From contig NC_043008.1 of the NCBI RefSeq assembly GCF_006345805.1, positions 53,196,001-53,260,000 of the forward strand: a DNA stretch of 64,000 nucleotides, given 5' to 3'. The stretch comes from Octopus sinensis. Lineage: Eukaryota. Made by a program: the position numbers and the translations under genes. Under the pieces are notes generated by a model. The model searched no databases. It was not told where the DNA came from and saw only the letters and a list, made by a program, of their open reading frames with translations. Positions 38,968-51,790 of the stretch are shown in pieces. Within the stretch, counting starts at the first letter, position 1. Each line of letters starts with the position of its first letter.

Positions 38968-39853
38968 TTGGGTCATCCCTTAAATAATGAAGTCTTTTCA
39001 ATTGCATGAACTAAATGCTGGAGGGGGACGGGATAAACTACCTGCATCAACTTGCTATAAAAGCAGGTAGTAATTTTACCTTGTGCTTACTCTTAGTGCA
39101 AGTTTTGAAGAGTGCAGTTCGATTTTAACAGTTATTTTTTCAAAGCTATGATGGAAGTAGCAAAGGAGCATATTCAGCATATTTTGCTTAATGAGTTCCA
39201 ATAAAGGCAGCAACATAACTGAAAGTGTGAGGAATATTAATGCAGTATATGGGGATCGGACAATAAGCATAGCCAGTGTCAATAGTGGTTCCAGAAATTC
39301 CAAGCTGGAAATGACAGCCTAGAAGATGAACCTCCCCCTGGAAGATCTGTAGAATTCAACGAGGACATTCTGCAAACCCCGGAATAAAAACCCATCATAA
39401 CTGTTGAGGAACTAGCATAAAAGCTTGGGCTTAGTCATTCAACCATTCATTGACATCAGCGCCAGAAGAAAATCAACCATCTTTGGTTTCAAGATAAAAG
39501 ATTTTCTTCTATCAGGATAATGCTCAGTTACATACAGCAAGGATGACATTCCAGAGGCTGGAGCAGTTTGCCCCTGTCTGATTATCATTCATTCCACAGT
39601 CTTCAAAATCATTTGGAAGGAAAAAATATGATTTCTGTAGACAAGGTCAGAACAGTACTGGAGGGGTATTTTCCATCACAGACAAGTGAATTTTAGAAGA
39701 GGGGCCTTGTAAGTCTATTTAGAAGAGGGGCCTTGTAAGGGTATTGTAGAAAATGGAGGAGAGTATATTTTAGATGGAAAAAGAACTTTGTTTATCTTAA
39801 GTTTGAAAAATAAAAGAAGTATAAAGAAATGCATTATTTATGGGATGACCCAA
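38968..39853 (+). mobile_element. Internally deleted, degenerate mariner transposon
   Basis: TIRs ttgggtcatcccttaaataatg / cattatttatgggatgacccaa with TA on both sides; broken transposase peptides (N-terminal HTH MEVAKEHIQHILL..., GNDSLEDEPPPGR, QDNA, SDYHSFHSLQNHLEGK). Confidence 0.9.
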
Positions 39854-39987
39854 TATATTAGCAAATTAAAATATATATATACACACACAAGCTGGCCAAA
39901 ACTTCGAAGTCACTATCAATAAGATTCTTGTTTAAGAATAATAAATTTACACATAGATACATTTATACATACAAATACAAACACAAT

Positions 39988-40028
<41 letters not shown>

Positions 40029-40568
40029 CACGTACACATGCACACACACACACACACACACATATACGCATGTATGCTATGTTTTAATTTAACTGCTCTA
40101 TTTCCAGATCAACACATAACCTAATACAATATTCATAAACTTCTCCCACACCCACCCATCACACCAAACACCACTTTGTAGTTGCTATCAACACACTGAT
40201 CTATGTCTCTATTCATGTAAATGTCCATCAGTACAATACTGTTTCACTATTTCCGAGAGCCATTATCACACCAGTAGCCTCATTATTATGTTAGTTTTCA
40301 CATCATCAGTACAGCCCCCTCCTTCCCCTTCTCTCTCCAACTCCCACGCTTTCCTTCTCTTTCTGCCTCTTTCTCTTTCTCTCTCTCTTTCTTTCGGTCT
40401 CTTTCTTCTCTTCTCTATAAACAATATTTTCCTTTCTTCTCTTTATTCTTTATTTCCATTGGACTGATGGTATATTACGTAATGAATGCACTTGCACTTA
40501 TTACTGCTTTTAAATATACCTGTGAGTAGACTTCAATGTATATATGTATGTATGTATATATATGTATG

Positions 40569-40600
<32 letters not shown>

Positions 40601-40973
40601 TGTATGTATGTTTGTATGTATGTTTGTGTGTATATATGTATGTATGCATGTATGTATGTAAATTTGTGGGTGCATGTGTGTGTGTGTACAGACATACACA
40701 TACACACACATATATATGTATGGGTACAGTGTAAATTTAATGAACAAAATGGAAAAAATAGACAACACAAGGACAAGGGGGATAAATTTTAACAAAAATT
40801 ATATGAGTTTAATGCTTAAGAAAAGGAAGTGTAAGAGTCTTAAAATTTTGACATTAACCCTTCATTAGAAGTAAAGCAAAGCAGTGAAAAACATAGAAAT
40901 GTATCAACATTACCATCAGGATCATAATTATGATTTAACATCCATCTTCCATGATATCAAGGACTGGTATATA

Positions 40974-41019
<46 letters not shown>

Positions 41020-41021
<2 letters not shown>

Positions 41022-41137
41022 CAATTTTTTGCGTAATAAGATACAAAAAACAAGGCTGTATAGATATTAGAGCCTTTAAGGGCTCTAATATCTATACAGC
41101 CTCGGTTTTTTTTTTATCTTATTACACAAAAATTGTT
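41020..41137. repeat. Fold-back palindrome of about 118 bp with a 22-bp perfect core
   Basis: aggctgtatagatattagagcc (41053-41074) is the exact reverse complement of 41081-41102; imperfect outer arms. Confidence 0.9.
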
Positions 41138-41302
41138 ATATACACATGCTGACATAGAACCAACGTTGAACCCTTTATTCGCAATATTACCGAATCTGGA
41201 ACTTAACTATGGTCTGTCTATAGCACTTATTCAGCATTACCTGACACCTTTGGGTCTCAATGACACCATTATCTCTTGTAATTTCAACTATATATATACA
41301 TA

Positions 41303-41348
<46 letters not shown>

Positions 41349-41541
41349 GGGAGTGATCTAATGTACAGCACAAATATTTGATCACTATAAACAAATCCTT
41401 CATGCAGGTTGTTCAGCAGGGATTGCAGAACCATTTTTCCCAGACTCAAGAGATTGTCATTACTGCTTTTAAATGAGTGATTGACGCTGCCATCTACTTG
41501 TGATAGCACCACCAAAGTCCACTCACTCTGAACCATACATA

Positions 41542-41823
41542 CAGTCATAGCCAAAAGTTTGAAACATTTTTTAAAAAAATTGAAATCGTTATATATACAA
41601 CATAGAGATGTACTGAGTCAATGGCTCAATATCTCAAAGAAAAATATTCTAACACAGGAGTGGCTGTGTGGTAAGTAGCTTGCTTTCGAACAACATGGCT
41701 CTGAGTTCATTCCCACTGTATGGCACCTTGGGCAAGTGTCTTCTACTATAGCCTCGGGCCAACCAAAGCCTTGTGAGTGGATTTGGTAGACGGAAGCTGA
41801 AAGAAGCCCGTCGTATATATGTA

Positions 41824-41872
<49 letters not shown>

Positions 41873-42204
41873 TTGTGTGTCTGTATTTGTCCCCCTAGCA
41901 TTGCTTGACAACCAATGCTGCTGTGTTTATGTCCCTGTAACTTAGTAATTCAGCAAATGAGACCGATAGAAAAAGTACTAGGCTTACAAAGAATAAGTCC
42001 TGGGGTTGATTTGCTCAACTAAAAGGCAGTGCTCCAGCATGGCCACAGTCAAATGACTGAAGAAGTAAAAGAGTAAAAAGAGAGAGACCTATATTCCAAA
42101 CTTTTGGCCAAATAATAATATGTTGCAAATTAAATTTAACTTTGGACATTTGATATAAAAATTCTAATTTTCAAACCTATGTTCCAAATTTTTGGCCATG
42201 ATTG
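41542..42204. mobile_element. Tc1/mariner-like MITE split by a SINE A insertion (41653-42084, +)
   Basis: TIRs cagtcatagccaaaagtttgaaacat / atgttccaaatttttggccatgattg; TA on both sides. Confidence 0.75.
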
Positions 42205-42239
42205 TACTGTGACCTAAGGCTGACCACCTCTCTCTCTTA

Positions 42240-42286
<47 letters not shown>

Positions 42287-42287
42287 A

Positions 42288-42329
<42 letters not shown>

Positions 42330-42334
42330 TTATC

Positions 42335-42753
42335 TCTCTTTACTCTTTTACTCTTTTACTCGTTTCAGTGGTTTGACTGTGGTTATGCTGGAGCACTGCC
42401 TTTAGTCAAGCCAAGTAACCCCAGGACTTATTCTTTGTTAGCCTAGTACTTTTTCTATCAGTCTCTTTTGCCGAACCACTAAGTTATGAGGATGTAAACA
42501 CACCAGCATTGGTTGTCAAGCAATATTGGGGTGACAAACACAGACACACAAACATATACACACACATACATATATATATATACATATATATGACGAGCTT
42601 CTTTCAGTTTCCGTCTACCAAATCCACTCACAAGGCTTTGGTCGCCCCGAGACTATAGTAGAAAACACTTGCCCAAGGTACTATGCAGTGGGACTGAACC
42701 CAGAACCATGTGGTGGGTAAGCAAGCTACATACCGCACAGCCACTCCTACGCC
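42335..42753 (-). mobile_element. SINE family A, full length
   Basis: Family A motifs in reverse complement. Confidence 0.9.
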
Positions 42754-42763
42754 TATCTGTCTA

Positions 42764-42794
<31 letters not shown>

Positions 42795-43119
42795 GTTGCC
42801 TAGCAATCACAGAGACTCAAATAAGGACATTAAAAGACAGTATTACTCGCACTGGCCACCACAGTGACACAATTCCTACAACACAAGTATTGTCAACATC
42901 AATAGTATATGTATATGGCACTGAAAATAGAGAATTATATTGTGTGTAGGTGTTTGTTTATGTTCCAATGTGTAGTTGGTATAAATGTAAATAGAAGCAT
43001 GTTTCATACAGCCACATATAAGATTAATAGACACCAGTGGCTGCTTACTGGCCGAAAATCTATAAACCTCACATAATCCATAATCTGGTTAGTAAGAGAC
43101 ACTATGGAGTGCTTATATG

Positions 43120-43158
<39 letters not shown>

Positions 43159-43360
43159 AAATACATATATATGTATGCATATATGCATACATATATATAT
43201 GTGTATATGTATGTATATATAAATGCATGTATATATATAAACATATTTTACTCTACCTTTGGTACTCAAGTACTATTTTTCCCATCTTGTTTTGCACTTC
43301 TGTGCTTGTGTGTGTATGTATGTGTGTGTATGCATATATAATATATATATATATATATAT

Positions 43361-43670
43361 GCCACGTAAAAAGCACCATCCGAACGTAGCCGATGCTAGC
43401 GCCGCCTTGGCTGGCTCCCATGCCGGTGGAAATTTAAAAGCACCAACCAATCGTGGCCGATGCCAGACTCCCCTGGCACCTGTGCCGGTGGCAGGTAAAA
43501 AGCACCCACTACACTCGCAGAGTGGTTGGCGTTAGGAAGGGCATCCAGCTGTAGAAACACTGCCAGATCAGACTGGAGCCTGGTGCAGCCCCTGGCTTCC
43601 CAGAATCCGGTCGAACCGTCCAGCCCATGCTAGCACGGAAAACGGACGTTAAACGATGATGATGATGATG
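43361..43670 (+). mobile_element. (ATG)n-tailed retroposon, family D, young copy
   Basis: CpG-rich; homologous to 10211-10593. Confidence 0.8.
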
Positions 43671-43986
43671 ATATATAATATATATATATATATATTATAT
43701 ATTGCGAGTGTGCACAGTGGGAAAGAGATGGGAGGAGGAGAGAGAGGTGATTGTGATGATGATGAGGAGGAGCAGGAGCAGGAGCAGGAGGAGGAGGAGC
43801 AGGAGGAGGAACTGTAAAAGTAAACTGTCGAATATTGATTTGATTCTGTTTTTTTTGGAGTTTTTTTCTTCTTTTATTCTTTTTATAAGAATTTGAATGT
43901 AGGTGATTTAATTCCAGACTCCAATAAATTCTGATGAGAAATTATTACATTGTTTTTATCTTGTGCTCCAATATAATTATATCCTC

Positions 43987-44031
<45 letters not shown>

Positions 44032-44040
44032 CACACACTT

Positions 44041-44107
44041 ATGTATATATGTACGTAGAAGCGTACGTGTGTGTGTATAAATATTTACATATATATACAT
44101 GTATATT

Positions 44108-44152
<45 letters not shown>

Positions 44153-44306
44153 GTACGTAGAAGCGTACGTGTGTGTGTATAAATATTTACATATATATAC
44201 ATGTATATTTACATATATATATATATATATGTAAATATACATGTATATATATGTAAATATTTATACACACCACGTACGCTTCTATATATAACATGTATAT
44301 TTACAT

Positions 44307-44337
<31 letters not shown>

Positions 44338-44407
44338 GTAAATATACATGTATATATATGTAAATATTTATACACACACACGTATGCTTCTACGTACATA
44401 TATGCAT
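44041..44407. repeat. Direct and inverted duplications of a microsatellite-derived unit of about 70 bp
   Basis: Marker gtacgtagaagcgtacgtg forward at about 44051 and 44153, inverted at about 44272 and 44382. Confidence 0.9.
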
Positions 44408-44440
44408 ATGTGTGTGTGTGTGTATTTGCTTTCAGGTTCA

Positions 44441-44498
<58 letters not shown>

Positions 44499-45171
44499 AC
44501 TGACAGAGATGGACAGATAGATAGATTGATATAGTGTATGTTTACAAATATATTAATACATGTATATATTGATACACACACACACTCCTCACACACGTAC
44601 TTACATATGTATTCTATTTCACAAACAATACAATCTACTACATCTTAATTATCAAAAGAGCTGCCAAAATACAAAACAACTAAAAAGCAAGCCACTGTAT
44701 TGTATTCTGTATCTCAACACAAAATTATTTCGTATGTAATATTACTTGCAATAACTTTCATATCTGTCTTCATATCTCTTTATAAAACCAAGTGAGAGAT
44801 AAACAGTGTGTCATAATGCCAGCTGCATAGCACCCCCAGTCGATAAACTACTGCAATAAACCACTGTATCAAATATTTTTAGATAGGCGATTTCTGCGTT
44901 TCATTTTACCCTCCCCACAACCATTTTCAAGTCCCGAAAGCATGTTTTATTTGCATTAAATACAAGCGGTTCATGACAACCTGACATCAGTTCTGGCCTT
45001 GGTTGTCGACCTTTGACCATAAATCTTATATCGGCTGTTTTATCTAACTAAGTATACACATAGTGGAGTATACACATAGTCAGATTCATTAATACTTTCT
45101 ATGTGGAATTTAGTAGCTGGAAACTGTACAGAAGCCTAATATATATAAATATACATGCGTGTGTGTGTGTT

Positions 45172-45211
<40 letters not shown>

Positions 45212-45946
45212 CATACATATATACATATATAATTGTTAAAGAGGATAACAAACGTTAAGGCAAGGCAAATATCTCAAGTCATATATATATATATATATAT
45301 AAACATACAATAAGATATTATAATGATAAATTAATATTGTGATATAATAAATACGATATAATCTGGGTGACTAAAGTAATTAAAACCCACAAAGGTGGAA
45401 TACATAAATAGGGGTACAAAATAGCACCTGCAATCGCTAAAAAATATAACTTGAATAGACACACAAAATCTCCAACCTCATGAGATATTCAAAGGGACTG
45501 TAAGGGGCAAGTTACAACATTTTTCATCAGTGAGGTAAAATTCACTGAATGAAGTAATTTGATAAGACTCTATCATGTTTTCAAAATTTAACCAATAAGA
45601 TTTCATTTCTCTTCAGAGAAATCCACAAATTACTCTAGGTTAAAGAGATAGCTTGCTTCCCATATATATAAATATATATATACTGTGCCTCCCTCTTCCA
45701 GTGTCTGGTGCTGAAGAGGTAATAACTACCTTGAAATGCAGGCATCCATCAGCCTGGCTTCAAATTGACTCGGTGCATTTACACCTATTTGTCTACAGCA
45801 AGAAATTCTCTTCCTGACAAAATACAGTGAATGGTTTTCATGTGGTTTTGAATATGTGCATGGATGTGTGGGTGTCTGTGCATATATATATATACATGTG
45901 TGTTGTGTGTGTGTGTGTGCGTATATACATTCAAAATATGACCACA

Positions 45947-46133
45947 TGTGTACCGTTGGTGAATCTTTTCCTCCATCTTCCCTTCTTTGGATCTTTCCTT
46001 TTCCTATGTTTCTGACGAAGAGCTCCGCTCAAAACGTTAAACCCTCCTTCTTCCCTTCTTCCCTGAGCGTCCAATAATACAATACTTGTTCTATGTCCTC
46101 GTGGTGTTGTGTTTTCATGTTTGGATTAACTGT
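45947..46133 (+). mobile_element. Hammerhead-bearing short element, family H1, second copy
   Basis: Homologous to 6946-7144. Confidence 0.75.
46008..46042 (+). ncRNA. Minimal hammerhead-like motif (CUGACGA intact, GAAA mutated to AAAA)
   Basis: gttt-CTGACGA-a-gagc(tcc)gctc-AAAAC-GTT-aaac. Confidence 0.7.
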
Positions 46134-46150
46134 ATATATATACACATACA

Positions 46151-46345
46151 CAGGGTGGTGCAATTTACTATATAACAATCTATGGTTCTACTCTTTCTGA
46201 AATTGTTAGCTTTTCTGCCATAGTTACCAATCAGAAAGACAGAAAAATGGAATTAGATATGATAATTATATGATCAAAATCATGTTAAAGATAAGAAATA
46301 CTTGTTTGTAATTTCTCTATGGGTCCAGACTTTTGCACCACTCTG
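46151..46345. mobile_element. Tc1-like MITE
   Basis: 13-bp TIRs cagggtggtgcaa / ttgcaccactctg (1 mismatch); TA on the right side only. Confidence 0.6.
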
Positions 46346-46349
46346 TATG

Positions 46350-46790
46350 TATTATGTATGTAGTTATGTATGTATGTATGTATGTATGTATGTATGTATG
46401 TATCAGCATGCAGGCATGCATGCATGAGTATGTATGTATGTATGTATGTATTGTATGTATGTATGTGGTATGTATGTTGAATGTTGTATGTATGTATGTA
46501 ATGTATGTATGTATGTTTTATGTATGTATGTATGTATGTATGTGTGTAGTTGTGATGTGTGTATGTATGAATGTATGTATGTAGTATTATGTATGTATGT
46601 ATGCATGTATGGTATGTATGTCATTTATGTATGTATGTATGTAGTATGTATGTATGTATGTATTATGTATGTATGCATGTACTATGTATGTATGTATGTA
46701 TGTATGTATGTATGTATGCATGTATGTATGTATGTATGTATGAATGTATGTATGTAGTATGTATGTATGTATGTATGATTGTAGGTTAGG
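46350..46790. repeat. (TATG)n tetranucleotide array
   Basis: Direct reading. Confidence 0.95.
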
Positions 46791-47024
46791 TAGGTAAGCA
46801 GGTAGGTAGGTATGAATGAATGTTTGTATGTATGTATATACACATTTACACACACAATTATACACACATATACATATAGTCACAAGCATGGTTGAGTGAT
46901 TGAGAAATTCACTTCACAACCAGCATGGCTTAGAGTTCAATCCTGCAGCTTGACATCTTGGCCAAGTATCTTCCATTATAGTTCTGGGTGAGAGGATTTG
47001 GTTGGCAGAAACTGAAAGAAGCCT

Positions 47025-47264
47025 GAAATGGCGGCGAGCTGGCAGAAACGTTAGCATGCTGGGCAAAATGCTCAGCAGTATTTCGTCTGCCACTACGTCC
47101 CGAGTTCAAATTCTGCCGAGGTCAACTTTGCCTTTCATCCTTTCAGGGTCGATTAAATAAGTACCTGTTACACACTGGGGTCGATATAATCGACTTAATC
47201 CGTTTGTCTGTCTTTGTTTGTCTTCTCTGTGTGTAGCTCCTAGTGGACAGTCAAGAAATAAAAA
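47025..47264 (+). mobile_element. Family B SINE inserted into a SINE A head, with 15-bp TSD
   Basis: TSD aactgaaagaagcct at 47010-47024 and 47265-47279. Confidence 0.9.
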
Positions 47265-48219
47265 AACTGAAAGAAGCCTATTATGTTTGTGTGTGTTTCT
47301 GCTTGCTTGTGTGTGTGAACATGTATGAGTTTGTTTCGATTTGTACTTGTCTGAAAAATTGCAAATGACAAGCTGTGGCATAATCATCATTTCTCCTGTC
47401 AACAAATTGTCTGCTGGCATTCTGTTTGCAAAGATGTGTGAAATAAAAGATTCCCTACTCATAAAACAACTAAAGTTTAGTGACAGAAGACTATCCACTT
47501 CTAAAGCAATGACCTGAGAGGAAATCCTTTCTATGCTCAACTGTGATTTCAGATTCCAGTAGGAGATGCCTGAGAATTAAAAAAAATTCAAGAAATATAT
47601 GAGCTTTGTACTGTTTTGGTTTTTGCTTGTTTTTTGTTTGTTGGTTTTTTTTTCCATTTTTTCTGGTTTTGAAGGAAGAGGCCTTTCAAATATTCACTGG
47701 CCCTTCATTAGATCCAATAACCCCAAACCAAAGCGCTGGAGAAATCTCCTTCTTAAAGACCATGGATATATGTCATTCACTTAACAACGCATATTTGACA
47801 GAAGTATGACTATAATTCAGTCTCTACATATATATTTCTAGTCAGCTACTTAAGAGTCCATGTATCAAATATATTTACAATTAACTCAATTATCTATCTA
47901 TCTATCTATCTATCTATCCATATATCTGTCTGTTTATCTATCTATATCTATCTATACCTTTCTGTCATTCTATCTATTAGTCTATCTATCTGTCGATCGA
48001 TCTATCTATCTATCCATCTATCTGTCTGTTTATCTATCTACATCTGTCTTGCCACACACGTTTCTAGTTGGCTTTTTAAAAGCACAGTATATTAAATACA
48101 TCAACACTTAAATTGACTATTTCTCCATCAATCAGTCTACCTTGATATGTATTTATAGTCAGTGTTGACATTTCAGTCAATTATATCTATCTATATATGT
48201 ATGTATGTCTGCATGCATG

Positions 48220-48277
<58 letters not shown>

Positions 48278-48494
48278 CCTATCTTATAAATCCATTTGTT
48301 AGTCTGCCCAGTTATTTATCTGTCTAGCTATCTATTTATTTGTCTCGTGACATATTTTTAGTTGGCTTTTTTAATGGTCTCTTATTATACATGTTAACAC
48401 TTAACTCAATTATATTTTTATCTATCTGTTTGTCTGTCTGTCTGTCTGTCTGTATATTTACCTCACAACATATATACTTCTAATTAGCTTTTTA

Positions 48495-48752
48495 GCAGTC
48501 TCTTGTGAAAGGCAGGAGAGTCCAGTTTGCTGGACATTGTTGTAGAGCTGAAAAAGAAGTAATTTCTACTCTTCTCCTCTTGAAGCCATCTACTCGCAAT
48601 ACCAGAGGGCGCACACTCTCCTACCCTGATGTAATCTCCAGGGATACAGGCATCCAGCAACAGGACCTCTGTAATGCCATGATGGACCGTGAAGTCTCGC
48701 GTAGCATGGTAAATTCCATTGTCTCGACCACGGTCGAACAATGATGATGAAA
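48495..48752 (+). mobile_element. 3' end of an RTE-clade LINE
   Basis: Peptide RVQFAGHCCRAEKEVISTLLLLKP...TLSYPDVISRDTG...NAMMDRE matches the recalled RTE C-terminal pattern; short tgatgatga tail. Confidence 0.75.
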
Positions 48753-49078
48753 TGATGCATTGGTCTCATAATATATTTATTTCTAGCTCAACCATTGTAA
48801 TGTTCGTTACATTAAGATATTTATTAAGGTGACTAAAATTAACTAAGAAAATTTCAGTGATTAAGGAATTTCTTAGACCTCAACAAGCAGGAAAAAAAAA
48901 CAAAAAAAATGCAGTAAAAAGCATTTTATGTTTCAAAAATAGATTTATTTTAAAGTTTGTTGCAGATTATATTTCAATGTTCCATTAAATTCTTGTGTCA
49001 AACCAAAATAGCCCTCGTTATCTATTAATCTATTAAAAATCTGAAACTCTCTATATCTGTGTGTGAATGTGTGTGGTG

Positions 49079-49109
<31 letters not shown>

Positions 49110-49131
49110 TGTGTGTGGTGTGTGTGTGTAT

Positions 49132-49173
<42 letters not shown>

Positions 49174-49500
49174 AGTGTGTGTGTGTGTGTGTCTCCATAA
49201 ATTCACAAACCATATTGATTTGTTCGTATTTTTCTCATTTTGTGTACTCTTTTAATTGAACGGAATTTGTCTCCTAATTAAATGAAAACCAATCTGTTTT
49301 CCTCCAAGAGAATCGGTCGCAGTACATTTCGTTCTATAATAAGCTGTTTTTGTTTTATAGGCATTATGATACCTTTCTCTTGTTTTTTTTATTATTATTT
49401 GCTGCAACCATACTTATATTTCACCGGTAATAAACATAGCAATTCAGTAAAATATCACCAAGTCGAAATAAGACAAAACAATATTGTTATTATTATTATT

Positions 49501-49556
<56 letters not shown>

Positions 49557-49797
49557 TATTATTATTATTATTATTATTATCATAATTATTATTATTTTTT
49601 GGGGGGTGGGATGGGGTGGGATGGGGTGGGGGTTATTCCATTATTAAACTAATTAATATAAAAATACACTTCGTGTCAATTTTTTTCCCTGTCCTCGACA
49701 AAACATCTTTATTTATGACTCAGTATAATTATTTTGTTAAGATTTTTGTAGCTATTTCCTAGTGTTTTTCACTTTGTTTTGGCTTTTTTGTTTGTTA

Positions 49798-49831
<34 letters not shown>

Positions 49832-49970
49832 GCATCAGCATCATCATCGTCATCATTATCATCATCACTATCATCATTTAACCTTCATTGTCCATGCTGG
49901 ACAGTTTAACCAGAGCTGGCAAACTGGGGAGCACCACCAGACTCCAGTTGTCTGATTTGGCATATTTTCT

Positions 49971-50572
49971 TATTTCTTTATTGCCCACAAGGGGCTAAAC
50001 ACAGAGGGGACAAACAAGGACAGACAAACGGATTAAGTCAATTACATCGACCCCAGTGCGTAACTGGTACTTAATTTATTGACCCCGAAAGGATGAAAGG
50101 CAAAGTTGACCTCGGCGGAATTTCAACTCAGAACGTAACGGCAGACAAAATACCTATTTCTTTACAACCCACAAGGGGCTAAACACAGAGGGGACAAACA
50201 AGGACAGACAGACAAACGGATTAAGTCGATTACATCGACCCCAGTGCGTAACTGGTACTTAATTTATCGATCCCGAAAGGATGAAAGGCAAAGTTGACCT
50301 CGGCGGAATTTCAACTCAGAACGTAACGGCAGACAAAATACCTATTTCTTTACTACCCACAAGGGGCTAAACACAGAGGGGACAAACAAGGACAGACAGA
50401 CAAACGGATTAAGTCGATTACATCGACCCCAGTGCGTAACTGGTACTTAATTTATCGATCCCGAAAGGATGAAAGGCAAAGTTGACCTCAGCGGAATTTG
50501 AACTCACAACATAACGGCAGACAAAATACTGCTAAGCATTTCGCCCAGTGTGCTAACGTTTCTGCCAGCAGT
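49971..50572 (-). mobile_element. Head-to-tail trimer of family B SINE (one full head plus two 5'-truncated units)
   Basis: Three near-identical units of about 185 bp joined at aaatacc|tatttcttta. Confidence 0.9.
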
Positions 50573-51210
50573 TTCTAATGCCAACCACATTACAGAGTGT
50601 GTTGAGTGCTTTTATGTGACACTACTCAGGTGTGTGGGCAGTTTTACCTGGCACCACACAAGTGCTTTTATGTGGCATCATACAAGTGCTTTACACTGCC
50701 AGAGGGACCAGTCTTAACAATTCTGCTGCAGAGTACAGGTCTTGAATTATGACTAGTATATTATTAGTATATATTAGTATATTGTAAGTACCAGTATGGC
50801 TGTGTGGTTAAGAAGTTTGGTTGCAAACCACATGGTTCTTGTGTTCAATGCCACTGTAATGTACCTTTGGCAAGTGCCTTCAACCTTGGCAATGACCAAA
50901 GTTTAAATTATAAATCTTGCTACAAAATATAAACAAATGTAAATACGTTTTTTTCAATATATCTTTCCAAGGGCAGAAAAATATTGGGGAAAACAACAAT
51001 ATTATTATTCCGTGCATATCAGGGGACATATAATTGCATTTGCTTTATAAGTAAAGTTTATTTTATAAAATTGTAGATATCTAAATGGCGGTGCCCCAGC
51101 ATGGCCACAGCTCATTAGCTGAAACTGGAAAAATCAAAATCAAAATCAAATCTCTGCATTGAAATTTCATGTGTGTGTGTATGTGTGTGGGTGTGTGTGT
51201 GTGTGTGTAT

Positions 51211-51546
51211 GAAAGTGCATGGCCCAGTGGTTAGAGCATCAGACTCACAATCATGGGGTAATGAGTTCAATCCCCAGACCGGGCTGTGTGTTGTGTTCTT
51301 GAGCAAGACACTTTATTTCACGTTGCTCCAGTTCACTCAGCTGTAGAAATGAGTTGCGACGTCACTGGTGCCAAGCTGTATCAACCCCTTTGCCTTTCCC
51401 TTGGATAACATCAGTGGCGTGGAGAGGGAAGAATGGTTTGCATGGGCAACTACTGGTCTTCCATAAAACAACCTTGCCCAGACTTGGACCTAGGAGGGGA
51501 ACTTTTAGGTGCAATCCCATGGTCAGTCATGACCAAAGGGGGTCTT
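51211..51546 (+). mobile_element. SINE family C
   Basis: Homologous to 20286-20618. Confidence 0.85.
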
Positions 51547-51595
51547 TATATATATGTTCACACACTAATATACAAGGACACATAGACAAACAGAC

Positions 51596-51647
<52 letters not shown>

Positions 51648-51648
51648 G

Positions 51649-51683
<35 letters not shown>

Positions 51684-51693
51684 TGATAGATAA

Positions 51694-51731
<38 letters not shown>

Positions 51732-51732
51732 T

Positions 51733-51775
<43 letters not shown>

Positions 51776-51790
51776 TGATAGATAGATAAA
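51596..51790. repeat. (GATA)n microsatellite
   Basis: Direct reading. Confidence 0.95.

Noticed and set aside
42815-42949. Possible next SK exon starting with TQ (TQIRTLKDSIT...)
   Set aside because: There is no similarity to the SK coiled-coil after TQ, the acceptor (gag) is poor, and the pyrimidine tract is a (CT)n next to a SINE.
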